A stretch of 64,000 bases of DNA, from positions 43,771-107,770 of the forward strand of contig JBDRMG010000047.1 in NCBI GenBank assembly GCA_043812495.1, in the 5' to 3' direction. A program made the position numbers and the translations under genes. Position 1 is the first letter of the stretch; every line of letters begins with the position of its first letter. This document shows, piece by piece, positions 9,068-22,868 of the stretch. The DNA is from Candidatus Omnitrophota bacterium. GTDB taxonomy: Bacteria > Omnitrophota > Gorgyraeia > Zapsychrales > JBDRMG01. The notes under the pieces were generated by a model, which was not told the origin of the DNA, did no database searches, and saw only the letters and a list, made by a program, of their open reading frames with translations.

Positions 9068-12000
9068 GCCAATCCATTTATCCAAGAAAACAAGGACTGT
9101 ATGATCCGGCGAGCGAGCACGATGCTTGCGGTGTCGGCTTCGTCGTTAATATCGACGGCAGAAAATCGCATACGATCATCGAGCGCGGCATAGAGGTTTT
9201 AACAAAATTACTTCATCGCGGAGCGGCCGGCGAGGACAAGAAAACAGGCGATGGAGCCGGGATCCTCGTGCAGATTCCCCATGATTTCTTCTGCGCCCAA
9301 TGTTCATCGTTAAAAATCGCGTTAGGCCAAGAGGGAACATACGGCGTCGGCATGATTTTTATGCCTCAGGAAACAAAAATGCTTGAAAAATGCCAAGAGA
9401 TCACGAAAGAAGTGGCTTGCGAAGAAGGCTTTGAGTTTCTTGGTTGGCGCGAAGTCCCGGTGGATAGCTCGGCTGTGGGGAAAAAGGCCAGAGAAAAGCA
9501 ACCTTTAATTGTCCAGTGTTTTGTTCGTCACGACAACCTCAGAGAAGAAGCCCTTGAGCGAAAACTCTATGTCACCAGAAAACAAGTTGAACAACGCATT
9601 GAAAAAACTCTTTCGCTGGGTGATCGATTTTATATTGTCAGTTTATCTTCCCGGACGATCGTCTATAAAGGGATGATGATGGGCGAGCAAATCAGCTCTT
9701 TTTACAAAGATCTGAGCGATCCCTCGTTTATAAGCGCTATGGCCGTGATTCATCAACGCTACAGCACCAATACGTTTCCGTCCTGGAAACTGGCTCAGCC
9801 GTTTCGGTATTTGGCGCACAACGGAGAAATCAATACACTGCGCGGCAATCTCAACCAAATGAGGGCGCGCGAGAATCTTCTTGAATCCGATGACTTCGGC
9901 GACGATATTAAAAAGATTCTGCCTGTGATTGATCCCGGCGGAAGCGATTCCGCGTGCCTTGACAATGTTTTGGAATTATTGAACTCGGCCGGTCGTGATT
10001 TGGCGCACGCGATGATGATGCTAATCCCCCAGGCCTGGGGTCAAAAGTATCCCATTGGGCCGGATTTAAAAGGATTTTTTGAATATCACGCGGGGCTCAT
10101 GGAGCCGTGGGATGGTCCGGCCGCGGTGGCTTTTAGCGACGGGTCCGTGATAGGCGCTTTGTTAGACCGCAACGGTCTTCGCCCGGCGCGCTATACGATC
10201 ACCAAGAATAACTTTATGGTGCTTGCCTCCGAAGCGGGTGTTCTTGATTTCGCACCTGAGGGGATCCTTGAGAAAGGGGCCTTGCGACCCGGCGATATTA
10301 TTTTGGTTGATCTCAACAAAAAGCGTGTTCTTAAGAATAACGAAATCAAAACATTTTACGCCAGACGACAGCCTTATCGCCGCTGGGTGGAAGAGAATAA
10401 AATCCTTCTGCATGGGCTTTTTAATGACGTGGCTCCGGTGTCTTTGGACGCGGAGAGTCTTTTGACGCGAGAAAAACTTTTCGGATATACCCTGGAAGAT
10501 TGTAAAGAAATCATCAATCCCATGGCGTCCCGGGGATATGAACCTGTTGGTTCCATGGGATCGGATATTCCTCTGGCTGTTTTCTCGGAGAAGCCGCAGC
10601 TTTTGTACGCGTATTTCAAACAGCTCTTTGCTCAGATTACCAATCCCGCGATCGATCCGATCCGCGAAGAGCTCGTGATGTCGTTGATGACTTTTATCGG
10701 AAATCCGGGAAATATCCTTTCGGAAGTTCCGCAAAACAGCAATCTCATCAAGCTTATGCATCCGATTCTATCGAATGAGGATCTTGAGCGCGTGCGCTCT
10801 TTGAATCAAAAAGACTTTTGGGCCGTGACGTTGCAAATGGGTTTTGCGGCGGGAGGCTCGGGCGAAACTCTGGAAGAATCCCTAGGTCAGCTCTGCCGCG
10901 CGGCCGAGGCTTCGGTTACGAACGGTTCGTCCGTGATTATTTTAAGCGACCGGAATCTCTCTAAAGATTTGGCGCCTATCCCCGCGCTTCTGGCTGTTTC
11001 GGCTGTGAATCAGTATCTCATCCGGCAATCCATGAAGACCAACGTGGGTATTATCGTCGAGACCGGCGGGGCCCGGGAGATTCAGCATTTTGCGCTTCTC
11101 TTGGCCTTCGGCGCGACGGCCATTAATCCTTATTTAGCTTTTGAGGTTGTGACCGCGATGGCTTTACAAAAAACTTTAGAAAAAGAAATGGACACAACTA
11201 AGGCCATTGAGAATTATATCAAAGCGATTTGTAAGGGGCTTTTAAAGGTTATGTCCAAAATGGGCATTTCCACGCTTCGCAGCTACAGAGGCGCTCAAAT
11301 ATTTGAGGCGATTGGATTAACCTATGACGTGATCGAACAGTATTTTACCGGCACGTCTTCGCGTATCGACGGGATTGGCTTAAACGAAATTGCCAGAGAA
11401 GCGAACGCAAGACACAAATCCGCTTATGATCCCTCCTCAGAGCTTGGCTCTCTTCCAAGTGGAGGATGCTACAAATACCGACGGGACGGAGAAAGGCATC
11501 TGTGGACTCCGGAATCGATCAGTCAATTGCAATTCGCGACGCGGAATAATAATTACAAAATCTACAAAGAATATGCGCAGCTGATTAATAATCAGACCAA
11601 AAAGATCAGTACTCTGCGAGGTCTGTTTCAGTTCAAGAAGACAGAACCTATCCCGATTGAAGACGTGGAGCCGGCTGCGGACATCATCAAGCGTTTCGCG
11701 ACATCGGCAATGTCTTTTGGCTCGATCAGCCGGGAGGCCCATGAGACCTTAGCCATTGCCATGAACCGTTTGGGCGCGATGAGTAACAGCGGAGAAGGTG
11801 GAGAAGACCCCGCGCGCTATAAACTTTTACCAAACGGAGATAATCGCTCAAGCGCCGTCAAACAAGTCGCAAGCGGGCGTTTTGGCGTGACGGCCGAATA
11901 TTGTGTGAATGCCCGCGAGCTTCAGATCAAAATCGCGCAAGGCGCAAAACCCGGCGAAGGCGGCCAGCTCCCCGGGCACAAAGTCAACGAAGAAATCGCC

Positions 12001-13599
12001 CGCGTACGTCATTCTACGCCGGGCGTCACATTGATTTCGCCGCCGCCGCATCATGACGTTTATTCGATTGAGGATATTAAACAACTTATCTTTGATTTAA
12101 AAAATGCGAATCCCGCGGCGCGTATTTCCGTTAAACTTGTTTCCGAGACGGGTGTCGGAACCATCGCGGCCGGTGTCGCTAAAGCGCACGCCGATATGGT
12201 TTTGATCAGCGGCTACGACGGAGGGACGGGCGCTTCGCCTTTATCGTCGATCCGTCATGCCGGCGTCCCCTGGGAGCTTGGACTTGCGGAAACGCAACAG
12301 ACCCTTGTTCTCAACGGCCTGCGCAGCCGTATTCGCGTTCAAACCGACGGTCAGCTTAAAACAGGACGCGATGTTGTAATCGCGGCGCTTTTGGGCGCCG
12401 AGGAATTTGGTTTTGCCACTGCGCCCTTGGTGGTTTGCGGGTGCGTGATGATGAGAAAATGCCATCTCAACACCTGCCCTGTTGGTGTTGCAACCCAAGA
12501 CCCTGAACTTCGCAAGCGCTTTAAAGGCAAACCGGAATACGTCGTGAATTTCTTTTCTTTTATTGCTCAGGAAGTCAGGGAATACATGGCCCAGCTGGGC
12601 ATAAGAAAAATAGATGATTTGATTGGCCGAACCGATCTTCTTGAAATTAATGAGGCCATCAATTTTTGGAAGGCCAAAGGATTGGATTTTTCAAGAATCT
12701 TAAGTGAAAATAATCCGGATACAGCAGCCATCCGGCGATGCACCCAGAGTCAAGATCACGAAATCGATCATGTGCTTGACCGGGAGCTGATTGAACGTTC
12801 ATCCCAATCTCTGGAAAATAAGAAGCCCGTCAAAATTGATTTACCGATCCGCAATACCCATCTGACGACCGGGGCTATGCTTTCCGGCGAGATCGCCAAA
12901 CGCTACGGGCATCAGGGCCTGCCGGATGACACGATCACATGTTCCTTCCAGGGATCGGCGGGGCAGAGCTTTGGGGCTTTTGCCGCCAAGGGTCTTACGT
13001 TTATTCTTGAAGGAGAAGCCAATGACTATTGCGGCAAAGGGATGTGCGGCGGAAAGATTATTATGAAGCCTTTGAAAGGCTGCACCTTTGATCCATCGGA
13101 GAATATCATCTGCGGCAATGTTCTTCTTTACGGGGCGACATCGGGGGAAATCTATATTCACGGCCGCGCAGGGGAACGATTTGCCATCAGAAACAGCGGT
13201 GCCTATGCTGTGGTGGAGGGAATCGGCGATCACGGCTGCGAATACATGACAGGCGGCCGCGTCGTTGTGCTGGGAGAAACAGGAATTAATTTTGCGGCCG
13301 GCATGAGCGGCGGAATCGCCTACGTGTATGACCCCAACAGCAAACTGGATGGCCGTACCAACCTTGATATGGTGGACCTTGAGCTTGTGAACGAACCGGA
13401 GGACATCAAAGAGCTGAAGGGCATGATCGAAAGACATTTCAAATACACGGCCAGCCCGAAGGCTCGATATATTTTGGATCATTGGGAAGAATCTTTGCCT
13501 TTGTTCGTAAAGGTGTTTCCGATGGAATACCGTCGAGTTTTGGGAAAGATGAGCAAGGAAGATGAAGAGATCGAACGCGAAGAAACGGTGATGAAGTAA
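9064..13599 (+). CDS. gltB: Glutamate synthase large subunit
   Basis: [50 protein letters not shown]. Confidence 0.98.
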   Translation: MSQSIYPRKQGLYDPASEHDACGVGFVVNIDGRKSHTIIERGIEVLTKLLHRGAAGEDKKTGDGAGILVQIPHDFFCAQCSSLKIALGQEGTYGVGMIFMPQETKMLEKCQEITKEVACEEGFEFLGWREVPVDSSAVGKKAREKQPLIVQCFVRHDNLREEALERKLYVTRKQVEQRIEKTLSLGDRFYIVSLSSRTIVYKGMMMGEQISSFYKDLSDPSFISAMAVIHQRYSTNTFPSWKLAQPFRYLAHNGEINTLRGNLNQMRARENLLESDDFGDDIKKILPVIDPGGSDSACLDNVLELLNSAGRDLAHAMMMLIPQAWGQKYPIGPDLKGFFEYHAGLMEPWDGPAAVAFSDGSVIGALLDRNGLRPARYTITKNNFMVLASEAGVLDFAPEGILEKGALRPGDIILVDLNKKRVLKNNEIKTFYARRQPYRRWVEENKILLHGLFNDVAPVSLDAESLLTREKLFGYTLEDCKEIINPMASRGYEPVGSMGSDIPLAVFSEKPQLLYAYFKQLFAQITNPAIDPIREELVMSLMTFIGNPGNILSEVPQNSNLIKLMHPILSNEDLERVRSLNQKDFWAVTLQMGFAAGGSGETLEESLGQLCRAAEASVTNGSSVIILSDRNLSKDLAPIPALLAVSAVNQYLIRQSMKTNVGIIVETGGAREIQHFALLLAFGATAINPYLAFEVVTAMALQKTLEKEMDTTKAIENYIKAICKGLLKVMSKMGISTLRSYRGAQIFEAIGLTYDVIEQYFTGTSSRIDGIGLNEIAREANARHKSAYDPSSELGSLPSGGCYKYRRDGERHLWTPESISQLQFATRNNNYKIYKEYAQLINNQTKKISTLRGLFQFKKTEPIPIEDVEPAADIIKRFATSAMSFGSISREAHETLAIAMNRLGAMSNSGEGGEDPARYKLLPNGDNRSSAVKQVASGRFGVTAEYCVNARELQIKIAQGAKPGEGGQLPGHKVNEEIARVRHSTPGVTLISPPPHHDVYSIEDIKQLIFDLKNANPAARISVKLVSETGVGTIAAGVAKAHADMVLISGYDGGTGASPLSSIRHAGVPWELGLAETQQTLVLNGLRSRIRVQTDGQLKTGRDVVIAALLGAEEFGFATAPLVVCGCVMMRKCHLNTCPVGVATQDPELRKRFKGKPEYVVNFFSFIAQEVREYMAQLGIRKIDDLIGRTDLLEINEAINFWKAKGLDFSRILSENNPDTAAIRRCTQSQDHEIDHVLDRELIERSSQSLENKKPVKIDLPIRNTHLTTGAMLSGEIAKRYGHQGLPDDTITCSFQGSAGQSFGAFAAKGLTFILEGEANDYCGKGMCGGKIIMKPLKGCTFDPSENIICGNVLLYGATSGEIYIHGRAGERFAIRNSGAYAVVEGIGDHGCEYMTGGRVVVLGETGINFAAGMSGGIAYVYDPNSKLDGRTNLDMVDLELVNEPEDIKELKGMIERHFKYTASPKARYILDHWEESLPLFVKVFPMEYRRVLGKMSKEDEEIEREETVMK

Positions 13600-15026
13600 T
13601 GGGTGAAATACACGGTTTCATGAAATACCCTAGGCAGGACTTTGAAAAAGAGCCTGTTGAAATCCGCAAACAGCACTGGAAAGAGTTTGTTAAGCTTCTG
13701 GCCGAGGAAGATATCAGAAAACAAGGCGCCCGGTGCATGGAATGCGGAGTGCCTTTTTGTCATTGGGCTTGCCCTCTGGGGAATGTGATCCCCGACTGGA
13801 ATGATCTGGTCTATAAAGGACGATGGCCAGAGGCGCTCAAGCGGCTTTTTGAGACCAATAATTTTCCGGAAATCACAGGACGCATCTGTCCGGCCCCCTG
13901 CGAGCATTCCTGCGTGCTTGCGATCAATGAACCCGCCGTGACGATTAAGAATATTGAGTTGTCGATCATCGAAAAGGCCTACGAACAAGGATGGATCAAA
14001 GCCCATATTCCCAGAAAGCGCACCGGAAAGAAAATAGCCGTGGTCGGATCCGGCCCGGCGGGCTTGGCCTGCGCCGATCAACTGAATCAAGCCGGTCACA
14101 CCGTGACCGTTTATGAGAAAAATGAAAATGTCGGCGGTATTCTTGCTTTTGGCATTCCGGATTTTAAATTAGAAAAATGGATTTTGGAAAGACGCATTCA
14201 TCTGATGAAAGAAGAAGGCGTTATTTTTCAAACCGGCATCCATGTGGGCGTTGGCCTAAAGGCTAAAGACATTCTTAAAGAAAGCGATGCCCTCGTGCTT
14301 TGCGTTGGAACCGAACAATCCCGTGATTTGAAAGTGCCGGGACGCGAATTAACCGGCGTCACCCAGGCCATGACCTATTTAGTTCAGCAGAATCGCGTGA
14401 ACAAAGGACAAAGAATCAGCCCGAAAGAGAGAATCAGCGCCGAGGGTAAAAATGTTATTGTCTTAGGCGGCGGAGATACGGGCGCGGATTGCGTGGGAAC
14501 AGCGAATCGCCAAGGGGCCAAAGCCGTCAGGCAATATGAAATTATGCCCTGTTTGCCCACCGAGCGAGACCCGGACAATCCATGGCCGCAATGGGCGTTT
14601 GTTTATCGTCCATCCTCATCCCATGAAGAAGGAGTCGAGCAGAATTTTTGTATAATGACCAAGCACTTAAGCGGCAAAAACGGTCAACTGAAAAAACTGC
14701 ATGCCGTGCGCCTGGAATACGGACCCAAAGATGCTGAAAGCTGCCGTTGCCCGAGCTGCGAAATCCCCAACTCAGACTTTGACGTTGACTGCGATCTTTT
14801 GATTTTGGCTATGGGATTCTTAGGTCCGGTCAAAGCAGGACTCATCAAGGAATTAGGCGTCGAGCTTGATGCCCGCGGCAATGTCAAAACAGATGAAAAT
14901 TATAAAACCAATGTGGACGGTGTCTTTGCGGCCGGCGATATGCGCCGGGGCCAGTCGCTTGTGGTGTGGGCTATTGAAGAAGGCCGAAAAGCCGCTTGTT
15001 GTGTCCATCAATGGCTTGGTCAATAA
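13599..15026 (+). CDS. gltD: Glutamate synthase small subunit
   Basis: [45 protein letters not shown]. Confidence 0.97.
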   Translation: MGEIHGFMKYPRQDFEKEPVEIRKQHWKEFVKLLAEEDIRKQGARCMECGVPFCHWACPLGNVIPDWNDLVYKGRWPEALKRLFETNNFPEITGRICPAPCEHSCVLAINEPAVTIKNIELSIIEKAYEQGWIKAHIPRKRTGKKIAVVGSGPAGLACADQLNQAGHTVTVYEKNENVGGILAFGIPDFKLEKWILERRIHLMKEEGVIFQTGIHVGVGLKAKDILKESDALVLCVGTEQSRDLKVPGRELTGVTQAMTYLVQQNRVNKGQRISPKERISAEGKNVIVLGGGDTGADCVGTANRQGAKAVRQYEIMPCLPTERDPDNPWPQWAFVYRPSSSHEEGVEQNFCIMTKHLSGKNGQLKKLHAVRLEYGPKDAESCRCPSCEIPNSDFDVDCDLLILAMGFLGPVKAGLIKELGVELDARGNVKTDENYKTNVDGVFAAGDMRRGQSLVVWAIEEGRKAACCVHQWLGQ

Positions 15027-15057
15027 TCAACAATGTTGGAATTTTCTTGTTTAAAAG

Positions 15058-15188
15058 TTAACGCGAATTTTCGCGAATCTAACGCGAATGATCGCGAATT
15101 TCTTGATGATCTATTCGCGAAAATCTGCCCGCCTCGGCCGTTGGCCTCATCGAGGCCGGGCGTTTGATTTGCGTGAATTTGCGTTTAA
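15058..15188. repeat. CGCGAAT / ATTCGCG short-repeat palindromic element with nested hairpin
   Basis: Four CGCGAAT units followed by inverted ATT(C/T)GCG units; GCCCGCCTCGGCC...GAGGCCGGGC is nested inside. Confidence 0.8.
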
Positions 15189-15272
15189 ACTATTTATTTA
15201 ATTTTTACGTAGAATTAAATTACGGAAAATCATTTTAAGTCATAACAAATCAAAGAACTATACGAGGCCACA

Positions 15273-17906
15273 ATGAGTAAATCCAATCAAACGCATAACA
15301 CAGGACTTTCGGGCTTAGATAAAATCTTACAAGGAGTTCGCTTGGGCGACAATGTTGTGATGCAGGTCGACGCCATCGATGATTATGTACGCTTTGTTCA
15401 CCCTTTTGCCAAGGCGGCTCATCATGCTAAGAAAGACCTGATTTATTTTCGGTTTGCCGATCATGAACCGGTGATTCCCGAGGGTATCGCTGTTCATACC
15501 TACGAATTGCATCCCGAGGCGGGATTTGAAAATTTCATTTCAGAAATATTTGATGTCATAGAAAAGCTCGGCAAGGGCGCATTTTATATCTTTGACTGTC
15601 TCTCGGAGCTGGCCGTGGATTGGTACAGCGACCGTATGCTGGGAAATTTCTTTATGCTGACATGTCCTTATCTTTTTGATTATGAGACCGTTGCCTATTT
15701 TGCCCTGAAACGCGATAATCATACGGCGTACGCGATTGAAGCGATTCATGGAACGGCTCAGATCGTTATGGACGTGTACCGCCATAAAGAAGACATGTAT
15801 GTTCATCCGCTTAAAGTTGAAGGCCGCTATACGCCAACCATGTATATGCTTCACCGATGGGACAAAGAAGAATTCGCTCCGGTTACCCGAAGCTCAACGA
15901 CCGCGGAAATTTTGACAGCCGCCCCTCAGCCGTGGCTTGATTTTACAATGCAAAAACGCGATGTCTGGACGCGCAATTTCCTCCAGGCCCAGGAAGTGGT
16001 CAATACCACACGTTCCGATAGCCGCGAGACGTGGAAGAAAAGTAAACTGTTCCAGAGGCTTTTACGTATGGCTGTAACTCGCGATGAGCGCCCGCTTAAG
16101 CTCGCCGAGAAATATTTTGACTTTGCCGATGTCGTCGATATCGGTAAGCGCATGATCGGCACCGGTTTAGTCGGCGGAAAATCCGTCGGTATGCTTTTAG
16201 CCAGAGCCATTCTCAAGAAAGCTGATCCTATCTGGGCACAGAAGCTTGAGCCTCACGATTCCTTTTATATCGGCTCGGATGTCTTCTATACTTATTTGAT
16301 TCAGAACAAATGCTGGTGGATGCGCCGGAAGCTCAACAGCACCTCAGAGAATTTTGATTTGGCGGATGAAGCCTGCGCGCTCATACTCAAAGGCGAATTT
16401 ACAAAAGATATTCAGGATCAATTTCTGGAAATGTTGGATTATTTCGGACAATCACCGATCATTGTCCGTTCGTCCAGTCTTCTGGAAGACGCGTACGGAA
16501 ATTCTTTCTCAGGAAAATACGAAAGTGTTTTCTGCGCCAATCAAGGAACGCCGGAAGAACGTTTTGAGAAATTCGTGGACGCGGTGCGTACGGTCTACGC
16601 CAGCACCATGAGCAAAGAAGCCCTGTCGTATCGGGCGCATTGGGGGCTTTTGGATAGCGACGAACAGATGGCGCTTTTGGTACAACGCGTGTCCGGCACC
16701 GTTCACGAAAGCCAGTTCTTCCCGCAAATTTCCGGCGTCGGGTTTTCTTTTAATCCCTTTGTCTGGAATAGTGAGATCGATCCTAAAGCCGGAATGCTGA
16801 GACTTGTTTTTGGCCTGGGCACCAGGGCCGTGGAGCGCGTCGATGATGATTACACGCGCATCGTGGCGCTCAACGCACCCATGCGGCGGCCCGAGGCAAG
16901 TTCGGAAGATATCCGCAAGTACACCCAGCACAAAATCGATATTCTTGATCTGAAGGCCAATTGCCACACCTCGCGTATGTTTGAGGATGTCATCAAAGAG
17001 GCGCCCGACGTTCCACTGGATATTTTTGCTTCGCGTGATCAAGAGCTTGAGCGCCGTATGCGCGAAATGAAACGCTCCAATGTTTTTTCTTGGATTCTGG
17101 CTTTTGATACCCTGCTTTCCAAGACAGCCTTTGTTGATGATATGCGAACCATGCTGACAATACTCCAGGAATCTTACAATTATCCCGTGGATGTGGAGTT
17201 CACGACCAATTTCCTCGACAAAGACCATTACCGGATTAATCTTGTCCAGTGCCGTCCGTTTCAGGTTAAAGGAAACATCTTAAGCGTTGAAACCCCGCGC
17301 GTGATTAACCGGGAGAAAATTATTCTTGAAACCAAAGGTCCTGTGATCGGAAGCAGCGTCGCCATGACGATTGATCGCATTATTTATGTCTCACCGGAAG
17401 CTTACGGAACAATGAAGGAAGGCGATCGTTATGCCGTGGCCAGGTTGGTCGGCCGGCTGACACACTTAAAAAACAAGGACAAAAAACCGACCATGATGCT
17501 CATTGGTCCCGGTCGTTGGGCCACGTCCACCCCGTCGTTGGGTGTGCCGGTGTCTTTTACGGAAATTAATACAGCTTCGGTTCTTTGCGAAGTCGCAGCC
17601 ATGCACGAAGGGTTGATTCCGGAAGTGTCTTTGGGTACGCACTTTTTCAATGATTTGGTCGAAATGGACATGCTGTATTTTGCTCTTTACCCGCAGAAAT
17701 ACGACAATCTGCTCAACAGCGAGTTTTTCAAGAAATCAAAAAACCAATTAACATCACTGATTCCTGATGCGGCCTCTTTAGCGTCCGTTGTGTACGTCAT
17801 TGATGCGGATGTCTCCAAAGAAGACGAATGCATTTGTCTCAACGCCGATGTTCTCAAGCAGAATGCTGTTTGTTATCTGGGCGAGGGGACGCCGGCGTCC
17901 GAATAA
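15273..17906 (+). CDS. PEP/pyruvate-binding (PPDK_N) domain protein with a degenerate KaiC/RecA-like N-terminus
   Basis: TGLSGLDKIL N-terminus; GGKSVG, VRSSSLLED, FSGKYES, GLGTRAV, DVEF, QCRP motifs; no phospho-His swivel domain recognised. Confidence 0.85.
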   Translation: MSKSNQTHNTGLSGLDKILQGVRLGDNVVMQVDAIDDYVRFVHPFAKAAHHAKKDLIYFRFADHEPVIPEGIAVHTYELHPEAGFENFISEIFDVIEKLGKGAFYIFDCLSELAVDWYSDRMLGNFFMLTCPYLFDYETVAYFALKRDNHTAYAIEAIHGTAQIVMDVYRHKEDMYVHPLKVEGRYTPTMYMLHRWDKEEFAPVTRSSTTAEILTAAPQPWLDFTMQKRDVWTRNFLQAQEVVNTTRSDSRETWKKSKLFQRLLRMAVTRDERPLKLAEKYFDFADVVDIGKRMIGTGLVGGKSVGMLLARAILKKADPIWAQKLEPHDSFYIGSDVFYTYLIQNKCWWMRRKLNSTSENFDLADEACALILKGEFTKDIQDQFLEMLDYFGQSPIIVRSSSLLEDAYGNSFSGKYESVFCANQGTPEERFEKFVDAVRTVYASTMSKEALSYRAHWGLLDSDEQMALLVQRVSGTVHESQFFPQISGVGFSFNPFVWNSEIDPKAGMLRLVFGLGTRAVERVDDDYTRIVALNAPMRRPEASSEDIRKYTQHKIDILDLKANCHTSRMFEDVIKEAPDVPLDIFASRDQELERRMREMKRSNVFSWILAFDTLLSKTAFVDDMRTMLTILQESYNYPVDVEFTTNFLDKDHYRINLVQCRPFQVKGNILSVETPRVINREKIILETKGPVIGSSVAMTIDRIIYVSPEAYGTMKEGDRYAVARLVGRLTHLKNKDKKPTMMLIGPGRWATSTPSLGVPVSFTEINTASVLCEVAAMHEGLIPEVSLGTHFFNDLVEMDMLYFALYPQKYDNLLNSEFFKKSKNQLTSLIPDAASLASVVYVIDADVSKEDECICLNADVLKQNAVCYLGEGTPASE

Positions 17907-17976
17907 AAAGACGTGCCGCTCGATCAGCCCTGCCAAAACAGCGAAAAATTCTCTCCTTGAGATTTCCAAAAAACGT

Positions 17977-18005
17977 TTGACAATTCAAATGGTTGATTGT
18001 ATATT
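17977..18005 (+). promoter_or_regulatory. Sigma70-type promoter of nfnAB-gdhA
   Basis: TTGACA-N17-TATATT. Confidence 0.75.
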
Positions 18006-18010
18006 GCTTC

Positions 18011-18126
18011 TATTCTACTTCGCATAAGCGATGAAAATGATAGTAGATGCTTCGTAGAATATTCTCAGCTGAATAATTCTCCGAAGCCTATACTAGATTT
18101 TTCTACTGGTAAGGCGAAGGAGAATA
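18011..18126 (+). repeat. CTTCG/CGAAG doublet repeat (family F), copy 1
   Basis: TATTCTA-CTTCG-CAT...ATG-CTTCG-TAGAATA followed by ATTCTC-CGAAG-CCT...AGG-CGAAG-GAGAAT; homologous to 33122-33236 and 53754-53940. Confidence 0.9.
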
Positions 18127-18128
18127 AT

Positions 18129-18222
18129 TCGGGCAATGGCGTTCGGATCATTTACAGATTGATCTGTAGGGGCAACGAGGTCCTCAAGAAAATCCAAAGA
18201 AGGATTTTTTGAGGATTTTTTT
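18129..18222 (+). promoter_or_regulatory. ANTAR-type attenuator (three hexaloops) upstream of nfnA
   Basis: GGGC-AATGGC-GTTC, GGGGC-AACGAG-GTCCT, AAAATCC-AAAGAA-GGATTTT; terminator GTCCTCAAG...TTTGAGGAT with T tract. Confidence 0.8.
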
Positions 18223-18311
18223 ATTTTGTCAAAAAGCTCGCCCAGCCATCCCGCCTGAAGTTTTCAAATAATTTCTGAGAATTCGAATCAATCTTCAAAC
18301 TTCTTTAAAAA

Positions 18312-19157
18312 ATGAAAATTATCCACAAAGAAATCCTCACGGACACTCAAGGCGTTAAAATCATCAAATTTTATATCCAATCTCCTTTTATCGCTAAAAA
18401 AGCCCAACCCGGACAATTTGTCGTGGCCATGGTCCAGGAAGACGGAGAACGCATTCCTCTGACCGTTGTCGATACGCATGGAGATGAGATCACGCTCATT
18501 ATGCAGGAAGCTGGTTTATCGACAAAGCTCATGGGAAAATTGAACGTGGGAGATTCTCTTTACGCACTTGTGGGGCCCTTGGGGCACGCGACGCCCATTA
18601 AAAATTACGGCAAGGTTATTCTTGTGGCCGGTGGTGTGGGGATCGCCGAAATTTATCCCGTGGCCAAAAAACTTAAAGAAACGGGAAATCATGTCGTTGT
18701 GATCTTAGGCGCGAGAACCAAAGATATCTTGTTTTATGAAAATGAGCTAAGACATATCGCGGATGAACTTTATGTCACGACCGATGACGGCTCGTACGGC
18801 CAAAAAGGTTTTACAACAGATGTTCTGAAAGAACTTCTTGGGAAAAGTAAATATGATTTTGTTTATGCCGTCGGACCTTTACCGATGATGGAAAAAGTTT
18901 CGCTGGTATCAAAAGGTTTCGGCGTGAAAACAGCTGTTTCCCTGAATGCCACCATGCTGGATGCGAGCGGCATGTGCGGAGGATGCCGGGTCACAGTGGA
19001 CGGCAAGGTCAAATTTGCCTGCGTGGACGGCCCGGAATTCGACGGCCATTTGGTTGACTGGGATGAAATGAAAAAAAGAAGCAAGATGTATCTTGATCAG
19101 GAAAAACATTCCTGTCATTTACATAATGGGGCTTCACAAAAATCGTTTCGTCCTTGA
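18312..19157 (+). CDS. nfnA: NfnA/SudB-like FAD/NAD-binding [2Fe-2S] subunit
   Basis: PGQFV, GERIPLT, GPLG, AGGVG, D.SGMCGGCRV, CVDGPEFDGH. Confidence 0.85.
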   Translation: MKIIHKEILTDTQGVKIIKFYIQSPFIAKKAQPGQFVVAMVQEDGERIPLTVVDTHGDEITLIMQEAGLSTKLMGKLNVGDSLYALVGPLGHATPIKNYGKVILVAGGVGIAEIYPVAKKLKETGNHVVVILGARTKDILFYENELRHIADELYVTTDDGSYGQKGFTTDVLKELLGKSKYDFVYAVGPLPMMEKVSLVSKGFGVKTAVSLNATMLDASGMCGGCRVTVDGKVKFACVDGPEFDGHLVDWDEMKKRSKMYLDQEKHSCHLHNGASQKSFRP

Positions 19158-19266
19158 TTACACAGATTAAGAATCTGATTCCACAGATTGAAACTCATCG
19201 AGAACATCTGTGTAATCTTATGAAAATCCGTGTAATCGATAGCACAGAACGAATTTTATGAAAGGC
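19130..19266. repeat. ACACAGAT / ATCTGTGT short-repeat element inside an imperfect inverted repeat
   Basis: GATTACACAGATT..GATTCCACAGATT..ATCTGTGTAATC..ATCCGTGTAATC; similar to 56886-56947. Confidence 0.8.
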
Positions 19267-19280
19267 TATTTATATAAGAT

Positions 19281-22068
<2,788 letters not shown>

Positions 22069-22109
22069 GCAGAAGAGAAAAGAACAGAGGACAGAAAGTA
22101 TTGTTTGCG

Positions 22110-22145
22110 GCGCCCCGCCGTCTTGTGGCGGGGCGCCCCTGTTTG
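22110..22145 (+). terminator. GC-rich hairpin after gdhA (terminator or B-type repeat)
   Basis: GCGCCCCGCC-GTCTTGT-GGCGGGGCGC. Confidence 0.55.
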
Positions 22146-22197
22146 CATCACTAATTTTACATTGCGAATGATTTTCGCTTAAGATATAATTGACCTC

Positions 22198-22539
22198 ATG
22201 GAGATTATAAAAAACACGCTTAAAATTTCTCAGCTTAAAGAAATGGCGGAACGCTTATTCGGCAATCTGGTGAAAGCCGTTGTGGATACCGAGCAAGAGT
22301 GGCTGGCCGTCGATGGCGAACTTCATTCGGATTTAGAGGCCTTCTTGCTGGAAGGCGGCTCAAAACAAAAAAACCTCTGGGGGATTAATCTTTATGTGGA
22401 CAGGCAAGGTGAAGATTTTATCGAATTTGACTCGGTAATCAATATGCGTCCGTCGCAAAACAATCGAAGCCGTGGCGTGGATAGCCCTGAGATTCGAAAG
22501 CGCATCACGGACATCGTCAACAAAAGGTTAAAGCTGTGA
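22198..22539 (+). CDS. DUF5674-like protein
   Basis: VKAVVD....LAVDGELHSDLE..LL..GS.Q.NLWGIN...IEFDS.IN.RP.Q.NRSRG signature. Confidence 0.8.
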   Translation: MEIIKNTLKISQLKEMAERLFGNLVKAVVDTEQEWLAVDGELHSDLEAFLLEGGSKQKNLWGINLYVDRQGEDFIEFDSVINMRPSQNNRSRGVDSPEIRKRITDIVNKRLKL

Positions 22540-22868
22540 GCCCGCAACACAAAAATCTTACCCTTGAAAAATGGAACCGGTTGTCTTTTATCGAGCAGAT
22601 GGCCAATATCGGTAGCGAGGTCGAGCGCGCCCTCAACTGGCGGGCCAGGCATCACGCGGCCTATTGTCAATTGGCTTTTGAGCGCGCCCTTGAGCTGTTG
22701 GATTTAACCCTAGAGAGCGTGAAAGGTTTTTCCCGCCTTAAAGAACTTACCCGCCTGCGGGAAGCGATGGCGGATTATTTTTTCGGGACAAACCGATTTC
22801 AGTATAACGAAGCGTCTCTAAAACAATACTTTCTGAACTTTGCCTACGCCGCCCGCCGGAATCGTTGA
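22536..22868 (+). CDS. Small helical hypothetical protein coupled to the DUF5674 gene
   Basis: GTGA overlap; W..LS..EQMANIGSEVERA...ELL.LT...EL.RLRE helical pattern. Confidence 0.75.
   Translation: MSPQHKNLTLEKWNRLSFIEQMANIGSEVERALNWRARHHAAYCQLAFERALELLDLTLESVKGFSRLKELTRLREAMADYFFGTNRFQYNEASLKQYFLNFAYAARRNR

Noticed and set aside
12841-14099. Long antisense ORFs over gltB/gltD, and similar ones over glnA, carB, pyrG and the PPDK_N gene
   Set aside because: Shadow frames of conserved genes arising from codon bias; no independent motifs or RBS.
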